Positions 11,641-22,038 of a DNA stretch of 32,000 bases are shown here, piece after piece. Position numbers and translations under genes: made by a program. The notes beneath the pieces were generated by a model. That model worked only from the letters and a program-made list of their open reading frames with translations. It was not told the origin of the DNA and searched no databases. Source of the DNA: Nitrosospira multiformis ATCC 25196 (GTDB taxonomy: Bacteria; Pseudomonadota; Gammaproteobacteria; Burkholderiales; Nitrosomonadaceae); the NCBI RefSeq assembly GCF_000196355.1, contig NC_007614.1:330001-362000 (forward strand), in the 5' to 3' direction. Numbering within the stretch: the stretch's first letter is position 1; each line of letters opens with the position of its first letter.

Positions 11641-13573
11641 GCCCGTCCTCCCGGTTCTGCTGGTGCTCCTCATCCTCCTCTTCGTCCACCTGATCGACAG
11701 GCTGTGCAGCTGCTTCCTTAGGCAGTTTACCCAGCAGATAGTAATCCATCACCACGCGGGCAATCGGTGCCGCTGCCGAACCGCCATGGCCGCCATTTTC
11801 CACCAGAACGGACAGCGCAATTTTGGGGTTTTCAGCGGGAGCATAGCTTATAAATAGCGCATGATCACGATGCCGTTCATCGAGCTTGCTTTCCTCATAC
11901 TTTTCCCCCTGTTTTACCCCCACTACCTGTGCAGTCCCCGTTTTTCCGGCAAAGGTATAAGCGGCCCCTGCACCGGCGACCGCGGCTGTGCCGCCCGGAC
12001 GGGTTACATCGACCAGCGCATTATGTACCGCCTTCAAATTGGCGGGATCGAGTTTGAGCCGGTACAGCGGACTTGTGCCGAATTCCCGTACGATCCGGTT
12101 GTTACTGTCCAGGACCTGCTTGACGAGATGGGGACGGAACGCAGCGCCGTTGCCGGCAAGCACAGCGGTTGCAAATGCCAGTTGCAGCGGCGTGGTCAGA
12201 TTATAACCCTGGCCAATCCCCACAGAAATCGTATCGCCCGCAAACCAGTTCTGTTTATGCCGTTGCATTTTCCACTCCTGAGAGGGCAACAGGCCGGCGG
12301 CTTCGCCTTCGATATCGATCCCGGTCTTTTTCCCCAACCCGAACTGACTGGTAAAATTGTAGATATTATCGATCCCGAGGTCATGAGCCAGCGAATAGTA
12401 ATAAGTGTCGCAAGAGATAACCAGCGATTTGTGGAGATCCACGAGGCCGTGACCGCCGGCTTTCCAGTCGCGAAAACGGTGAGTGCTTCCGGGCAGGCTG
12501 AAGTAGCCGGGATCGCTGATCGCGCTTCCCGGCCAACGCTTCTTGAGTTCCAGACCAGCCAGAGCCATGAAGGGTTTGAACGTCGAGCCGGGCGGGTATA
12601 CGCCACGCAAAGCCCGATTGTTCAGCGGCCGATCGATGGAATTGTTCAGCAATTCCCAATTCTCGGTGTCGATCCCGTCTACAAAAAGATTCGGATCGAA
12701 CCCCGGTCTGCTCACGAATGCGAGCACGTCTCCCGTTGCCGGTTCTATGGCGACAAGTGCGCCACGCCGGTTGCCAAACGCCTTTTCCGCGACTTCCTGC
12801 AATTTGAAATCGAGCGATAGCTTGAGATTCCTGCCCGCAATCGGCGGTGTGCGGGATATGACGCGAATTGCACGGCCGCCTGCGTCGGTTTCCATCTCCT
12901 CGATTCCGGTGATGCCGTGCAATTCCCTCTCATAGCTCTGTTCGATGCCGATTTTTCCCATGTGCTGGGAACCGCGGTAATTGGCGAGTTCGCTGTCAGC
13001 CTCCAGCCGTTCCAGATCCTTGTCATTGATGCGCCCTATGTAACCCACCACGTGAGAGGCGAACTCGCCTTTGGGATACTGGCGGAACGGCCGCGCCTTG
13101 ATTTCCACTCCCGGAAAGCGATAGCGGTTGGCGGCGAAGCGGGCAACCTCCACGTCCGATAATCGCGTGCGAATAGGCAAGCTTTCGAATCTTCTGTTCT
13201 CCTCCATCAATTTCTTGAAGCGCTTGCGGTCACGCGCGGAGATCTCCACTACCGTCGTCAGCTCATTGATGAGGCGCTCGAGATTTCCGATCCTGCTCGG
13301 AACGATTTCGAGTGTATAGGCAGAATAATTATGAGCGAGCACGACGCCATTGCGGTCAAAAATCAGGCCGCGGTTGGGAACGATCGGCGCAATGGAAATG
13401 CGATTTGCTTCCGCCAGCGTGTGATAATGCTCACGCTGAGAAACCTGCAGGTAAAAGAAGCGTGCGAACAGCAGCAGGAAGAGCAGCAGCATGAAGCCGG
13501 CGCTTATCGCCAGCCGCAGGCGGAAATTGTGTAACTCACGCGAGTAGCTTCGAAGCTCGATTCTGTGATTCAT
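11633..13573 (-). CDS. mrdA: Penicillin-binding protein 2 (transpeptidase)
   Basis: Transpeptidase motifs STFK (GVYPPGSTFKPF), SCD, KTGTAQ; MNHRIELRSYSREL start at 13573 overlaps the mreD stop (ATGA). Confidence 0.96.
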   Translation of the reverse strand: MNHRIELRSYSRELHNFRLRLAISAGFMLLLFLLLFARFFYLQVSQREHYHTLAEANRISIAPIVPNRGLIFDRNGVVLAHNYSAYTLEIVPSRIGNLERLINELTTVVEISARDRKRFKKLMEENRRFESLPIRTRLSDVEVARFAANRYRFPGVEIKARPFRQYPKGEFASHVVGYIGRINDKDLERLEADSELANYRGSQHMGKIGIEQSYERELHGITGIEEMETDAGGRAIRVISRTPPIAGRNLKLSLDFKLQEVAEKAFGNRRGALVAIEPATGDVLAFVSRPGFDPNLFVDGIDTENWELLNNSIDRPLNNRALRGVYPPGSTFKPFMALAGLELKKRWPGSAISDPGYFSLPGSTHRFRDWKAGGHGLVDLHKSLVISCDTYYYSLAHDLGIDNIYNFTSQFGLGKKTGIDIEGEAAGLLPSQEWKMQRHKQNWFAGDTISVGIGQGYNLTTPLQLAFATAVLAGNGAAFRPHLVKQVLDSNNRIVREFGTSPLYRLKLDPANLKAVHNALVDVTRPGGTAAVAGAGAAYTFAGKTGTAQVVGVKQGEKYEESKLDERHRDHALFISYAPAENPKIALSVLVENGGHGGSAAAPIARVVMDYYLLGKLPKEAAAQPVDQVDEEEDEEHQQNREDGHG

Positions 13574-14091
13574 CTTGCATCGGAAGCAGACCAGGGTTTC
13601 TGCGGCACCCTCAATATGGCTGAGAGAAGCGGCCACAGTAACATGCCGACAATGCTGCCAAGAAAGAAGTTCCAGCCGGGGAAAGGAGAACCGGCAAACA
13701 GCCCGGCAAGAAGTGTGACGATCTGCCCTGAAAGCAGAACCAGTCCTATCTGGGGAGCTTGTTTATATCCTTCGAAGATACCCATGCGCCGGTTGAAGAC
13801 CAGTGCCATGAACGCCATTACGCTGTACCCGAGCGCGTGTTGCCCGAAGGTACTGGCATTGCTCAGATCCATGAGCAGACCCATCCAGAATGCCATGCCA
13901 ATGCCCACACGCTGGGGTTCGTTGAGATACCAGTAAAGCATCACCAGCGCGACAAAATCGGGCTGCAGCGTCCGAGCGGTGCCTGTGACGGGTATGAGAT
14001 TCAGGAGTAGCGCCACGATCAGGCTGAGCATGATGAACCAGCTTTTGGCTGGCATCAGAATTTCGTGCCTGGATGAATTAGCGAGCGTCAC
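13570..14091 (-). CDS. mreD: Rod shape-determining protein MreD
   Basis: 173-aa multi-TM protein between mreC and mrdA with LVMLYWYLNEPQRVGIGMAFWMGLLMDL. Confidence 0.93.
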   Translation of the reverse strand: MTLANSSRHEILMPAKSWFIMLSLIVALLLNLIPVTGTARTLQPDFVALVMLYWYLNEPQRVGIGMAFWMGLLMDLSNASTFGQHALGYSVMAFMALVFNRRMGIFEGYKQAPQIGLVLLSGQIVTLLAGLFAGSPFPGWNFFLGSIVGMLLWPLLSAILRVPQKPWSASDAR

Positions 14092-14984
14092 TGTCTTCTC
14101 GCTTCCTGGGGGCGGGGCTTCGTTTTGGTCGCTTCTGCCGGTGTTCCGGTACGAGGCGCCCGCGTGGAAAGGATTAACAGCTGCCGATTCTGATTCACAC
14201 CGGAAGCAGGCGTGCAGATGATGCGCGCAAAGATATAATTGGGATTACGCTCGATCTGGGATACTGCAGCAACGGGAAGCCCCGCGGGATAGATGCCATC
14301 TATCCCGGATGTAACCAGGACGTCCCCTTCCTGAATGTCGGTGTTGATTGCCATATACCTCAACTCCAGAACTCCTTCCCTGCCGGTGCCTGATATGATC
14401 GAGCGCAGGCCGTTGCGTACTACTTGCACGGGAACGGAATGGTCCCTGTCCGTGAGAAGAGTCACTTCCGAGGCCAGGGGGTAATTGCGGGTAACCTGTC
14501 CCACCACGCCCATATCATCCACGACGACCTGCCCCGACTCGATTCCGGCCATGCTGCCCTTGTCAAGCAATACCTTGCGATTGAATGGATCATGCGGCAC
14601 GCGCAGGATTTCCGCCACTGTTGCCTTGTTTTCAATACGCTGCGTCGTATTCAGGAGCTTGCGCAGCTGAGTATTCTCGGCTTCCAGCGCACGCAGCCGG
14701 AGGAGCTGGCCTTTGTCAACGAGATGCTGCTGCTTGAGACGTGCATTTTCCTCCGCTATCTCGCCATGCTGGAAGAGTTCGCTTGTGGCATCGTACATTG
14801 CCATGGGCATATGAGCCAATTTCTGCAGCGGATAAACTATCACGGAAAAGATTTCCCGCACGCCGCCGAGATACTTGGATCGGCTATCCAGTGCCATAAG
14901 AAGCAATGACAGCATGACAAAAAAAGCCGTCCGGGCCAGTAAACTGGGACTGTGCCTGAAAAACCGGGGAGAGATTTCTATCAT
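14088..14984 (-). CDS. mreC: Rod shape-determining protein MreC
   Basis: N-terminal TM, coiled coil, ENTQLRKLLN...VLLDKGSMAGIESGQVVVDDMGVVGQV core; between mreB and mreD. Confidence 0.96.
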   Translation of the reverse strand: MIEISPRFFRHSPSLLARTAFFVMLSLLLMALDSRSKYLGGVREIFSVIVYPLQKLAHMPMAMYDATSELFQHGEIAEENARLKQQHLVDKGQLLRLRALEAENTQLRKLLNTTQRIENKATVAEILRVPHDPFNRKVLLDKGSMAGIESGQVVVDDMGVVGQVTRNYPLASEVTLLTDRDHSVPVQVVRNGLRSIISGTGREGVLELRYMAINTDIQEGDVLVTSGIDGIYPAGLPVAAVSQIERNPNYIFARIICTPASGVNQNRQLLILSTRAPRTGTPAEATKTKPRPQEARRQ

Positions 14985-15080
14985 GTGCGAGATTTTATGT
15001 TCCCGATTTGCAGGGACTGGAAGGTGCGGTGCATTGAAGGCGGTAGTGAGAGCTGGCAGTAGCGCAATTTATAAAGGTTA

Positions 15081-16142
<1,062 letters not shown>

Positions 16143-16250
16143 TTACGGAGTCCGTCGCGGAGGATAGTAATTAAAAGCAGGTGAAAAGAATCGGGCTATG
16201 ATACTCTATTAGCTATTTGAATATAAGGGTTATAAAGGATTTAGCCGGAA

Positions 16251-16538
16251 ATGTCTCTGTCTCTGGATGATGTGAAACGTGTTGCAAATCTGGCGCGCAT
16301 CGAGATCAGCGAAGATGAGGCGCGCAAGGCGTTGATCCAGTTATCAGGCATATTTGGCCTCATCGAGCAGATGCAGGCAGTGGATGTATCGGCGATAACC
16401 CCCATGTCGCATGCGCAGGATGTAATGCAGCGTCTGCGAGCAGATGGCGCCACGGAAATCGATCAGCGCGAGCTGTTCCAGTCGGTAGCTCCCCAGGTAG
16501 AAGCGGGACTTTATCTGGTGCCTAAAGTCATCGAGTAG
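16251..16538 (+). CDS. gatC: Asp/Glu-tRNA amidotransferase subunit C
   Basis: [26 protein letters not shown]...; 95 aa, upstream of gatA/gatB. Confidence 0.97.
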   Translation: MSLSLDDVKRVANLARIEISEDEARKALIQLSGIFGLIEQMQAVDVSAITPMSHAQDVMQRLRADGATEIDQRELFQSVAPQVEAGLYLVPKVIE

Positions 16539-16662
16539 CGTTATCGAGTAGCGCCACGCAGGATCTCTGCGGACGGCTCCCCTGTAATTTCTATTCTCCT
16601 TCCAGGAGCCTTTTCACGTTTTGCTTCATTTTGCTTCATCCAGCGAAAACCAGCCATCAGCC

Positions 16663-18114
16663 ATGTTGAATGCCAGCCTCAAGCAACTTTCCGCGATGCT
16701 TGCCGCAAGGAAAATTTCCAGCGTTGAGTTGACTAGTGAATTTCTCAAGCGTTCCCGAGCGCTTAATCCCGAATACAACGCCTTCATCACTCTCGATGAA
16801 AGGACGAGCCTCGCGCAGGCGCAGGCTGCGGACATCTTGATCGGATCCGGGCGCGGGCAGCCCCTGACCGGCGTTCCCATTGCACAAAAGGATATCTTCT
16901 GTACCAAGGGCTGGCTCACTACCTGCGGATCGAAAATGCTGTCGAATTTCATCTCGCCCTATGACGCCCACGTGATCGGGCGCTTCAATGCCGTGGGCGC
17001 AGTCAATATTGGTAAAACCAATATGGACGAATTCGCCATGGGTTCCAGCAATGAAACCTCCTTTTACGGGCCGGTAAAAAATCCCTGGGATACCGCAGCC
17101 GTGCCAGGGGGAAGCTCCGGCGGTTCCGCCTGCGCGGTGGCAGCACGTATGGCGCCTGCGGCGACCGGGACGGACACCGGTGGCTCGATCCGGCAACCGG
17201 CGGCGTTATGCGGCATTTCAGGCCTCAAGCCGACATACGGGCTGGTATCGCGCTATGGCATGATCGCCTTCGCATCCAGCCTCGATCAGGGTGGGCCGAT
17301 GGCTAAATCAGCGGAAGACCTGGGGCTGATGCTCAACGTCATGGCAGGGTTCGATGCCCGCGATTCAACCAGTCTCGAGCGCGAACCGGAAGATTACACA
17401 CGCGACCTGGAAAAGCCGCTCGACGGTCTGCGCATTGGCCTGCCAAAGGAATATTTCGTCAAGGAAATAGCCGAGGACGTGGCGCGCGCGGTAGAAGCCG
17501 CCATTGGCCAGTATCGCAAGCTGGGAGCCGAAACGGTGGAGGTGTCGCTGCCTAATACGAAGCTTTCGGTTCCGGTTTATTACGTGCTTGCCCCCGCCGA
17601 AGCTTCGAGCAACCTGTCGCGCTTTGATGGCGTACGCTACGGTTATCGTGCTCCCGATTACCTGGATCTCAACGACATGTATCGGAAAACCCGTGCGCAG
17701 GGCTTTGGTTCAGAGGTGAAACGCCGCATCCTGATCGGCACTTATGTGCTGTCGCATGGATATTATGACGCGTACTACATCCAGGCGCAGAAGCTGCGCC
17801 GCCTGATGGCACAGGATTTCGCCGAGGCATTCAAGGAGTGCGACATCATCATGGGCCCCACTTCTCCTACAGTGGCATTCGACCTCGGAGAGAGAAGCAG
17901 CGACCCGGTTCAGATGTACTTATCCGATGCCTACACTATTGCGGTTAACCTGGCCGGCCTACCCGCGATGTCCATTCCGGTTGGCTTCGGGCATAAAAAC
18001 AGACCGGTTGGATTGCACATCATCGGCAATTATTTTGCCGAGGCGCAAATGCTGAACGTGGCCCATCAATATCAGCTTGAATCAGATTGGCATACACGAA
18101 TGCCAAAGGAGTAG
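16663..18114 (+). CDS. gatA: Asp/Glu-tRNA amidotransferase subunit A
   Basis: Amidase signature [36 protein letters not shown]; ATG at 16663 ([17 protein letters not shown]) preferred over the ORF-track start. Confidence 0.98.
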   Translation: MLNASLKQLSAMLAARKISSVELTSEFLKRSRALNPEYNAFITLDERTSLAQAQAADILIGSGRGQPLTGVPIAQKDIFCTKGWLTTCGSKMLSNFISPYDAHVIGRFNAVGAVNIGKTNMDEFAMGSSNETSFYGPVKNPWDTAAVPGGSSGGSACAVAARMAPAATGTDTGGSIRQPAALCGISGLKPTYGLVSRYGMIAFASSLDQGGPMAKSAEDLGLMLNVMAGFDARDSTSLEREPEDYTRDLEKPLDGLRIGLPKEYFVKEIAEDVARAVEAAIGQYRKLGAETVEVSLPNTKLSVPVYYVLAPAEASSNLSRFDGVRYGYRAPDYLDLNDMYRKTRAQGFGSEVKRRILIGTYVLSHGYYDAYYIQAQKLRRLMAQDFAEAFKECDIIMGPTSPTVAFDLGERSSDPVQMYLSDAYTIAVNLAGLPAMSIPVGFGHKNRPVGLHIIGNYFAEAQMLNVAHQYQLESDWHTRMPKE

Positions 18115-18203
18115 AGAGCAGATGGTCAGTTGTGGCGAGCCGCTTAGTTCAAGTCGCTACTCATCCCTCATAAGGCATCCGTATCAGAAAAGGGTATTCT
18201 AAA

Positions 18204-19694
18204 ATGCAATGGGAAACCGTTATCGGTCTTGAGGTTCATGCCCAGCTCTCGACCGAGTCCAAAATATTCTCCGGGGCTTCCACCGCTTTTGGCGCCGCGC
18301 CCAATGCGGAGGCCTGCGCTGTCGATCTTGCGCTGCCCGGTGTGTTGCCGGTATTGAATCGGGGCGCGGTGGAGCGTGCAATCAGGTTTGGCCTGGCAGT
18401 GGGAGCAAAAATCAATTCGCCTTCCATTTTTGCCCGCAAGAATTATTTTTATCCGGATCTGCCCAAGGGGTATCAGATCAGTCAATACGAGTTGCCGGTG
18501 GTCGAAGGGGGGCACATCCAGCTTCAGGTCGTCCAGGATGGGAAAGAGCAGGAAAAAACCGTGCGCCTCGTGCGGGCGCATCTGGAGGAGGATGCAGGCA
18601 AGTCGTTGCACGAGGATTTTCACGGCATGAGCGGTATCGATCTCAATCGCGCCGGCACACCCCTGCTTGAGATCGTTTCCGAACCGGATATGCGCAGCAG
18701 CGCCGAAGCCGTGGCATATGCAAAGACATTGCATACGCTCGTCCGCTGGATCGGCATCTGCGATGGCAACATGCAGGAGGGTTCCTTTCGCTGCGATGCT
18801 AACGTGTCTGTGCGTCCCCGGGGGTCGGACAAGCTCGGTACCCGCTGTGAAATAAAGAACCTCAACTCGTTCCGTTTTCTCGAGAAGGCGATCGATTACG
18901 AGGTCAGGCGGCAGGTCGAAATCCTCGAAGACGGAGGGTCCATACAGCAACAGACGCGCCTCTTCGATCCGGAAAAGGGTGAAACGCGCGCAATGCGAAG
19001 CAAGGAAGACGCCCAGGATTACCGCTATTTTCCAGATCCGGATCTGCTGCCGCTCGAGATATCCGGGAACTGGATCGAGGAAGTGAAGAAAGGGTTGCCT
19101 GAACTGCCCCAACAAATACGGACACGGTTCGAGCATGACTATGGGCTTTCGATGTACGATGCGCTCTTGCTCACCGGAGACCGTGATATCTCGGAATATT
19201 ATGAGGCAGTCGTAGGAAAACTTCCTTCCGACCCTAAACTGTGCGCAAACTGGGTAATGGGAGAGGTATCGGCTTATCTCAATAATGAAGGAAAGTCGTT
19301 CGATGTTTGTCCGTTATCTCCTGCACAGCTTGCGCAACTTCTTCTGCGCATCAAGGATGGAACCATTTCTGGAAAGATCGCCAAGGATGTGTTCAGACAG
19401 ATGTGGGCGCAGGCAGGTACGGAGAGCATCTCATGGAGGAATAGCGAGGGAGTGGATGAGGGCCTTGCAGACCGGATTATCGATTCACAAGGACTGAGGC
19501 AGATATCCGATTCAAGCGCATTGGAGAATTTGGTACATGAAGTGCTGGCCGCCAACCCGAAATCGGTAGAGGAATTCAAGGCAGGCAAGGAAAAGGCCTT
19601 CAACGCCCTGATGGGCCAAGTGATGAAGGCCGCCAGAGGCAAAGCGAATCCAGCGCAGGTGAATGAGATATTGAGGAAGAAGCTGACGGAATAG
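18204..19694 (+). CDS. gatB: Asp/Glu-tRNA amidotransferase subunit B
   Basis: [26 protein letters not shown]..., [17 protein letters not shown]-like ([17 protein letters not shown]), C-terminal GatB/YqeY domain. Confidence 0.99.
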   Translation: MQWETVIGLEVHAQLSTESKIFSGASTAFGAAPNAEACAVDLALPGVLPVLNRGAVERAIRFGLAVGAKINSPSIFARKNYFYPDLPKGYQISQYELPVVEGGHIQLQVVQDGKEQEKTVRLVRAHLEEDAGKSLHEDFHGMSGIDLNRAGTPLLEIVSEPDMRSSAEAVAYAKTLHTLVRWIGICDGNMQEGSFRCDANVSVRPRGSDKLGTRCEIKNLNSFRFLEKAIDYEVRRQVEILEDGGSIQQQTRLFDPEKGETRAMRSKEDAQDYRYFPDPDLLPLEISGNWIEEVKKGLPELPQQIRTRFEHDYGLSMYDALLLTGDRDISEYYEAVVGKLPSDPKLCANWVMGEVSAYLNNEGKSFDVCPLSPAQLAQLLLRIKDGTISGKIAKDVFRQMWAQAGTESISWRNSEGVDEGLADRIIDSQGLRQISDSSALENLVHEVLAANPKSVEEFKAGKEKAFNALMGQVMKAARGKANPAQVNEILRKKLTE

Positions 19695-20268
19695 GTCATG
19701 AGCGGACCGAATGAACCGGGAACGAACCGGAATCTTTATCTTTGCTCTGATAGGAGCTCCTGCCCCAGTTCCATAGTCTCCCCGGAAAAAGATATACAAC
19801 ACGGAACCGGGCTTGGAGGCATTGCATTGCCTCGATGACTGCGAGCGGCGGTTAAAAGCGATTGCGGCATCTGGGTCATGCAAGGCGTCAATAAAACAAG
19901 GAGGCAGGTAGCAAGCCGGTTTTGCCAATATAGTATCTGTCCCACCTGAACTTGAAGCTGCGAAGTGGAACTATTCCGCTTGTCCTGTTTTCTATAAGTG
20001 TCATAGAGGAGAGGAAGGCGAGACATGTGCATTGACAGTTTTTCCCGCGGCGTGCTATTGCCATACCATTACGCAGCTACCATCACTCCAGCGAACATCG
20101 TTCGCCGCCTCAAGCTTCGTCAGCAATTCTTTCCGAATCTCAGAAGAAATTGTTTGAAGGGAACCTGGCTGATCAATAAGTGTCCTAACAGTAGTATCAC
20201 AAAAAAATAACAAATTCTTAACAATACAGCTATGATAGGCGTGTCTTTCACCATAAGGAGAAAGGGCG

Positions 20269-20346
20269 ATGAAAATGGGAAAACTTCTTACCGTTTCCTA
20301 TTTGATGGGTATGACGGTAGCACTGGTGGCGGCAGCGTTCCTCTGA
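20269..20346 (+). CDS. Candidate 25-aa hydrophobic membrane peptide MKMGKLLTVSYLMGMTVALVAAAFL
   Basis: Not in the ORF track (below its size limit). ATG at 20269, strong SD AAGGAG at 20255-20260, stop at 20344-20346, followed by a terminator hairpin. Confidence 0.5.
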   Translation: MKMGKLLTVSYLMGMTVALVAAAFL

Positions 20347-20416
20347 TCTTGAGACCGCTAAGGGGAATGACTCCTTCTGTAACTCCCGAACGGTCCAGAT
20401 TGTAACGGTTGGCGGT

Positions 20417-20448
20417 ACCCCATTCGCTTTCATAGGAATGGGGTTTTT
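20417..20448 (+). terminator. Rho-independent terminator-like hairpin
   Basis: accccattc-gctttcatag-gaatggggt (9-bp stem) followed by tttt. Confidence 0.7.
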
Positions 20449-20539
20449 GTTGTAAAGCTGGAGCCAATGAGTAGCCGGATGACTCCTCGTTTGAAGGTTT
20501 ACAGCCCGTCGCTTTACTTCGCCAGAAGAAAATTATTTA

Positions 20540-20860
20540 ATGAAACTAGCCGCTATCACTACTGCTGTTGCGATATCGAGTACCGTGATTGTCGCATGGG
20601 TACTGGCCGCAGCCCTGCGTCACAGCGTCTTTTTCTACACAGCGGATGGGTATATGTCACCCAGAACCGCTGTACGGGTGGGACTCATGAAAGATGAAGA
20701 AGCTTCATTCTCCGGCGGATTGGCATTCAGAAAGACCGGAGGAGGTGGTTATGATTACCGCGAAGAAATGGCAATTGCCTTCATTGATCAAACGGGCCAC
20801 ACCGATATTGACTTGCTCGCCGTATGCGAACGTCTGGGGGATTGCGAATTACGAAAGTGA
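20540..20860 (+). CDS. Possible small exported/membrane-anchored protein (106 aa)
   Basis: Hydrophobic N-terminus MKLAAITTAVAISSTVIVAWVLAAAL followed by a soluble tail ending CERLGDCELRK; no recognised family and weak SD. Confidence 0.4.
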   Translation: MKLAAITTAVAISSTVIVAWVLAAALRHSVFFYTADGYMSPRTAVRVGLMKDEEASFSGGLAFRKTGGGGYDYREEMAIAFIDQTGHTDIDLLAVCERLGDCELRK

Positions 20861-21381
20861 ATGGGTCTCCTATCTCCTATGAGACGACAGACAGCTACTC
20901 CAAATCTGATGGACGCCTGATGAATGGATAAGGCTCCGTCCAGCGAAGGTTCCCGCAGGGTTATTCCTGGTTCAGGGGGTTCCCGGGCTGCACAACAGAA
21001 GCATAAGCTTTCCTGACTTCCGTTCGACCCTGGCCTAGTCATTCAGGAAATCTTCTTTCAAAACCCTTTACGGATACTGCCTTGTAACTGGCCCCGCCCA
21101 ACTCCTCTGTTTACACAAAGGCAGTTCCAATATTGCCCGCAACACAATAATACCTGAGCTTTGTCTCCCAGGCTTTCCGGTGATGCACTACACTATCATC
21201 CGGGATATCAAATACGTTATCCGGGAATATGCATCGCGTTTCTTTCAACAAGTAAAAAATATCAGTCAATTTATAAGTTATCCACTGCGCGAACATTCTT
21301 TATTTTTTTAATATATATAGCTCCTGAAAATCATGAAATGGGGCCAGGGGAAATCAAGATCGCCGGACAAGGGAAGGACAA

Positions 21382-21768
21382 ATGACAGCTCAATATAAAA
21401 GGGTGGATAAAATGAAGGAAGAACTCGACGCGTTGCGCAAATATCGGGACACGCTCCCGGCCGTTTTCAAATTCAACCGCCAGGACCCGGCACGAAATGA
21501 AGAAGACCGCATGAGCATCCGGACTGAACCCGAAGCAATCAACGAGATCACCGTTCGTCTCGGTCCGGATATCGACGAGCGGCTAACCCGGCTCGTGGAG
21601 GAATACGGTCATAACAAGCAATATTATCTGATCGAACTCGCGCGGAACGGCATCGAGGCACTGGAAGATGCGCTTGAAGCTGACCGGGTAGTCATGCTTT
21701 CCCGTCTCAAAGGCGAAAAGATGATTCCGCTCGAGGACATCATGAGGAAGTATGACATACAGGATTAG
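21382..21768 (+). CDS. Ribbon-helix-helix/RelB-like antitoxin
   Basis: INEITVRLGPDIDERLTRLVEEYGHNKQYYLIELARNGIEALEDALEADRV is RHH-antitoxin-like; overlaps the downstream RelE-like gene. An alternative start at ATG 21511 (MSIRTEPEAIN) would remove 43 N-terminal residues. Confidence 0.82.
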   Translation: MTAQYKRVDKMKEELDALRKYRDTLPAVFKFNRQDPARNEEDRMSIRTEPEAINEITVRLGPDIDERLTRLVEEYGHNKQYYLIELARNGIEALEDALEADRVVMLSRLKGEKMIPLEDIMRKYDIQD

Positions 21769-22024
21769 TTTCAATCCGGCGGCCCAACGGGATCTGGACA
21801 AGATGGATCCCCAAGCGCGCCAGCGCCTTCTGAAATACCTGAACGGACGCATCGTACTCCTGGAAGATGCGCGCTGCCTCGGCGAACCCTTGCTTGCTTC
21901 TCAATTTTTCGGCTACTGGCGCTACCGTGCCGGAGATTACCGAATCACCTGCGACATCCAGGACGAGGAGTTGCATGTTCTCATCGTGAAAGGGGGCAAT
22001 CGGCGGGTGTGTGGGGTTGGTTAA
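21752..22024 (+). CDS. RelE/ParE-family toxin (mRNA interferase-like)
   Basis: MTYRISFNPAAQRDLDKMDPQARQRLLKYL...LASQFFGYWRYRAGDYRITCDIQDEELHVLIVKGGNRR; 17-nt overlap with the antitoxin gene. Confidence 0.85.
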   Translation: MTYRISFNPAAQRDLDKMDPQARQRLLKYLNGRIVLLEDARCLGEPLLASQFFGYWRYRAGDYRITCDIQDEELHVLIVKGGNRRVCGVG

Positions 22025-22038
22025 GTTCCCGGTCGGAT

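Noticed and set aside
11861-12820. 319-aa plus-strand ORF opposite mrdA
   Set aside because: Antisense shadow of a clearly conserved PBP2 gene.
18168-19136. 322-aa minus-strand ORF opposite gatB
   Set aside because: Antisense shadow of gatB with no family signal.
21276-21284. TTATCCACT, one mismatch from the DnaA box consensus, beside AT-rich DNA
   Set aside because: A single 9-mer with one mismatch is expected by chance; no cluster of boxes and no dnaA/dnaN neighbourhood.
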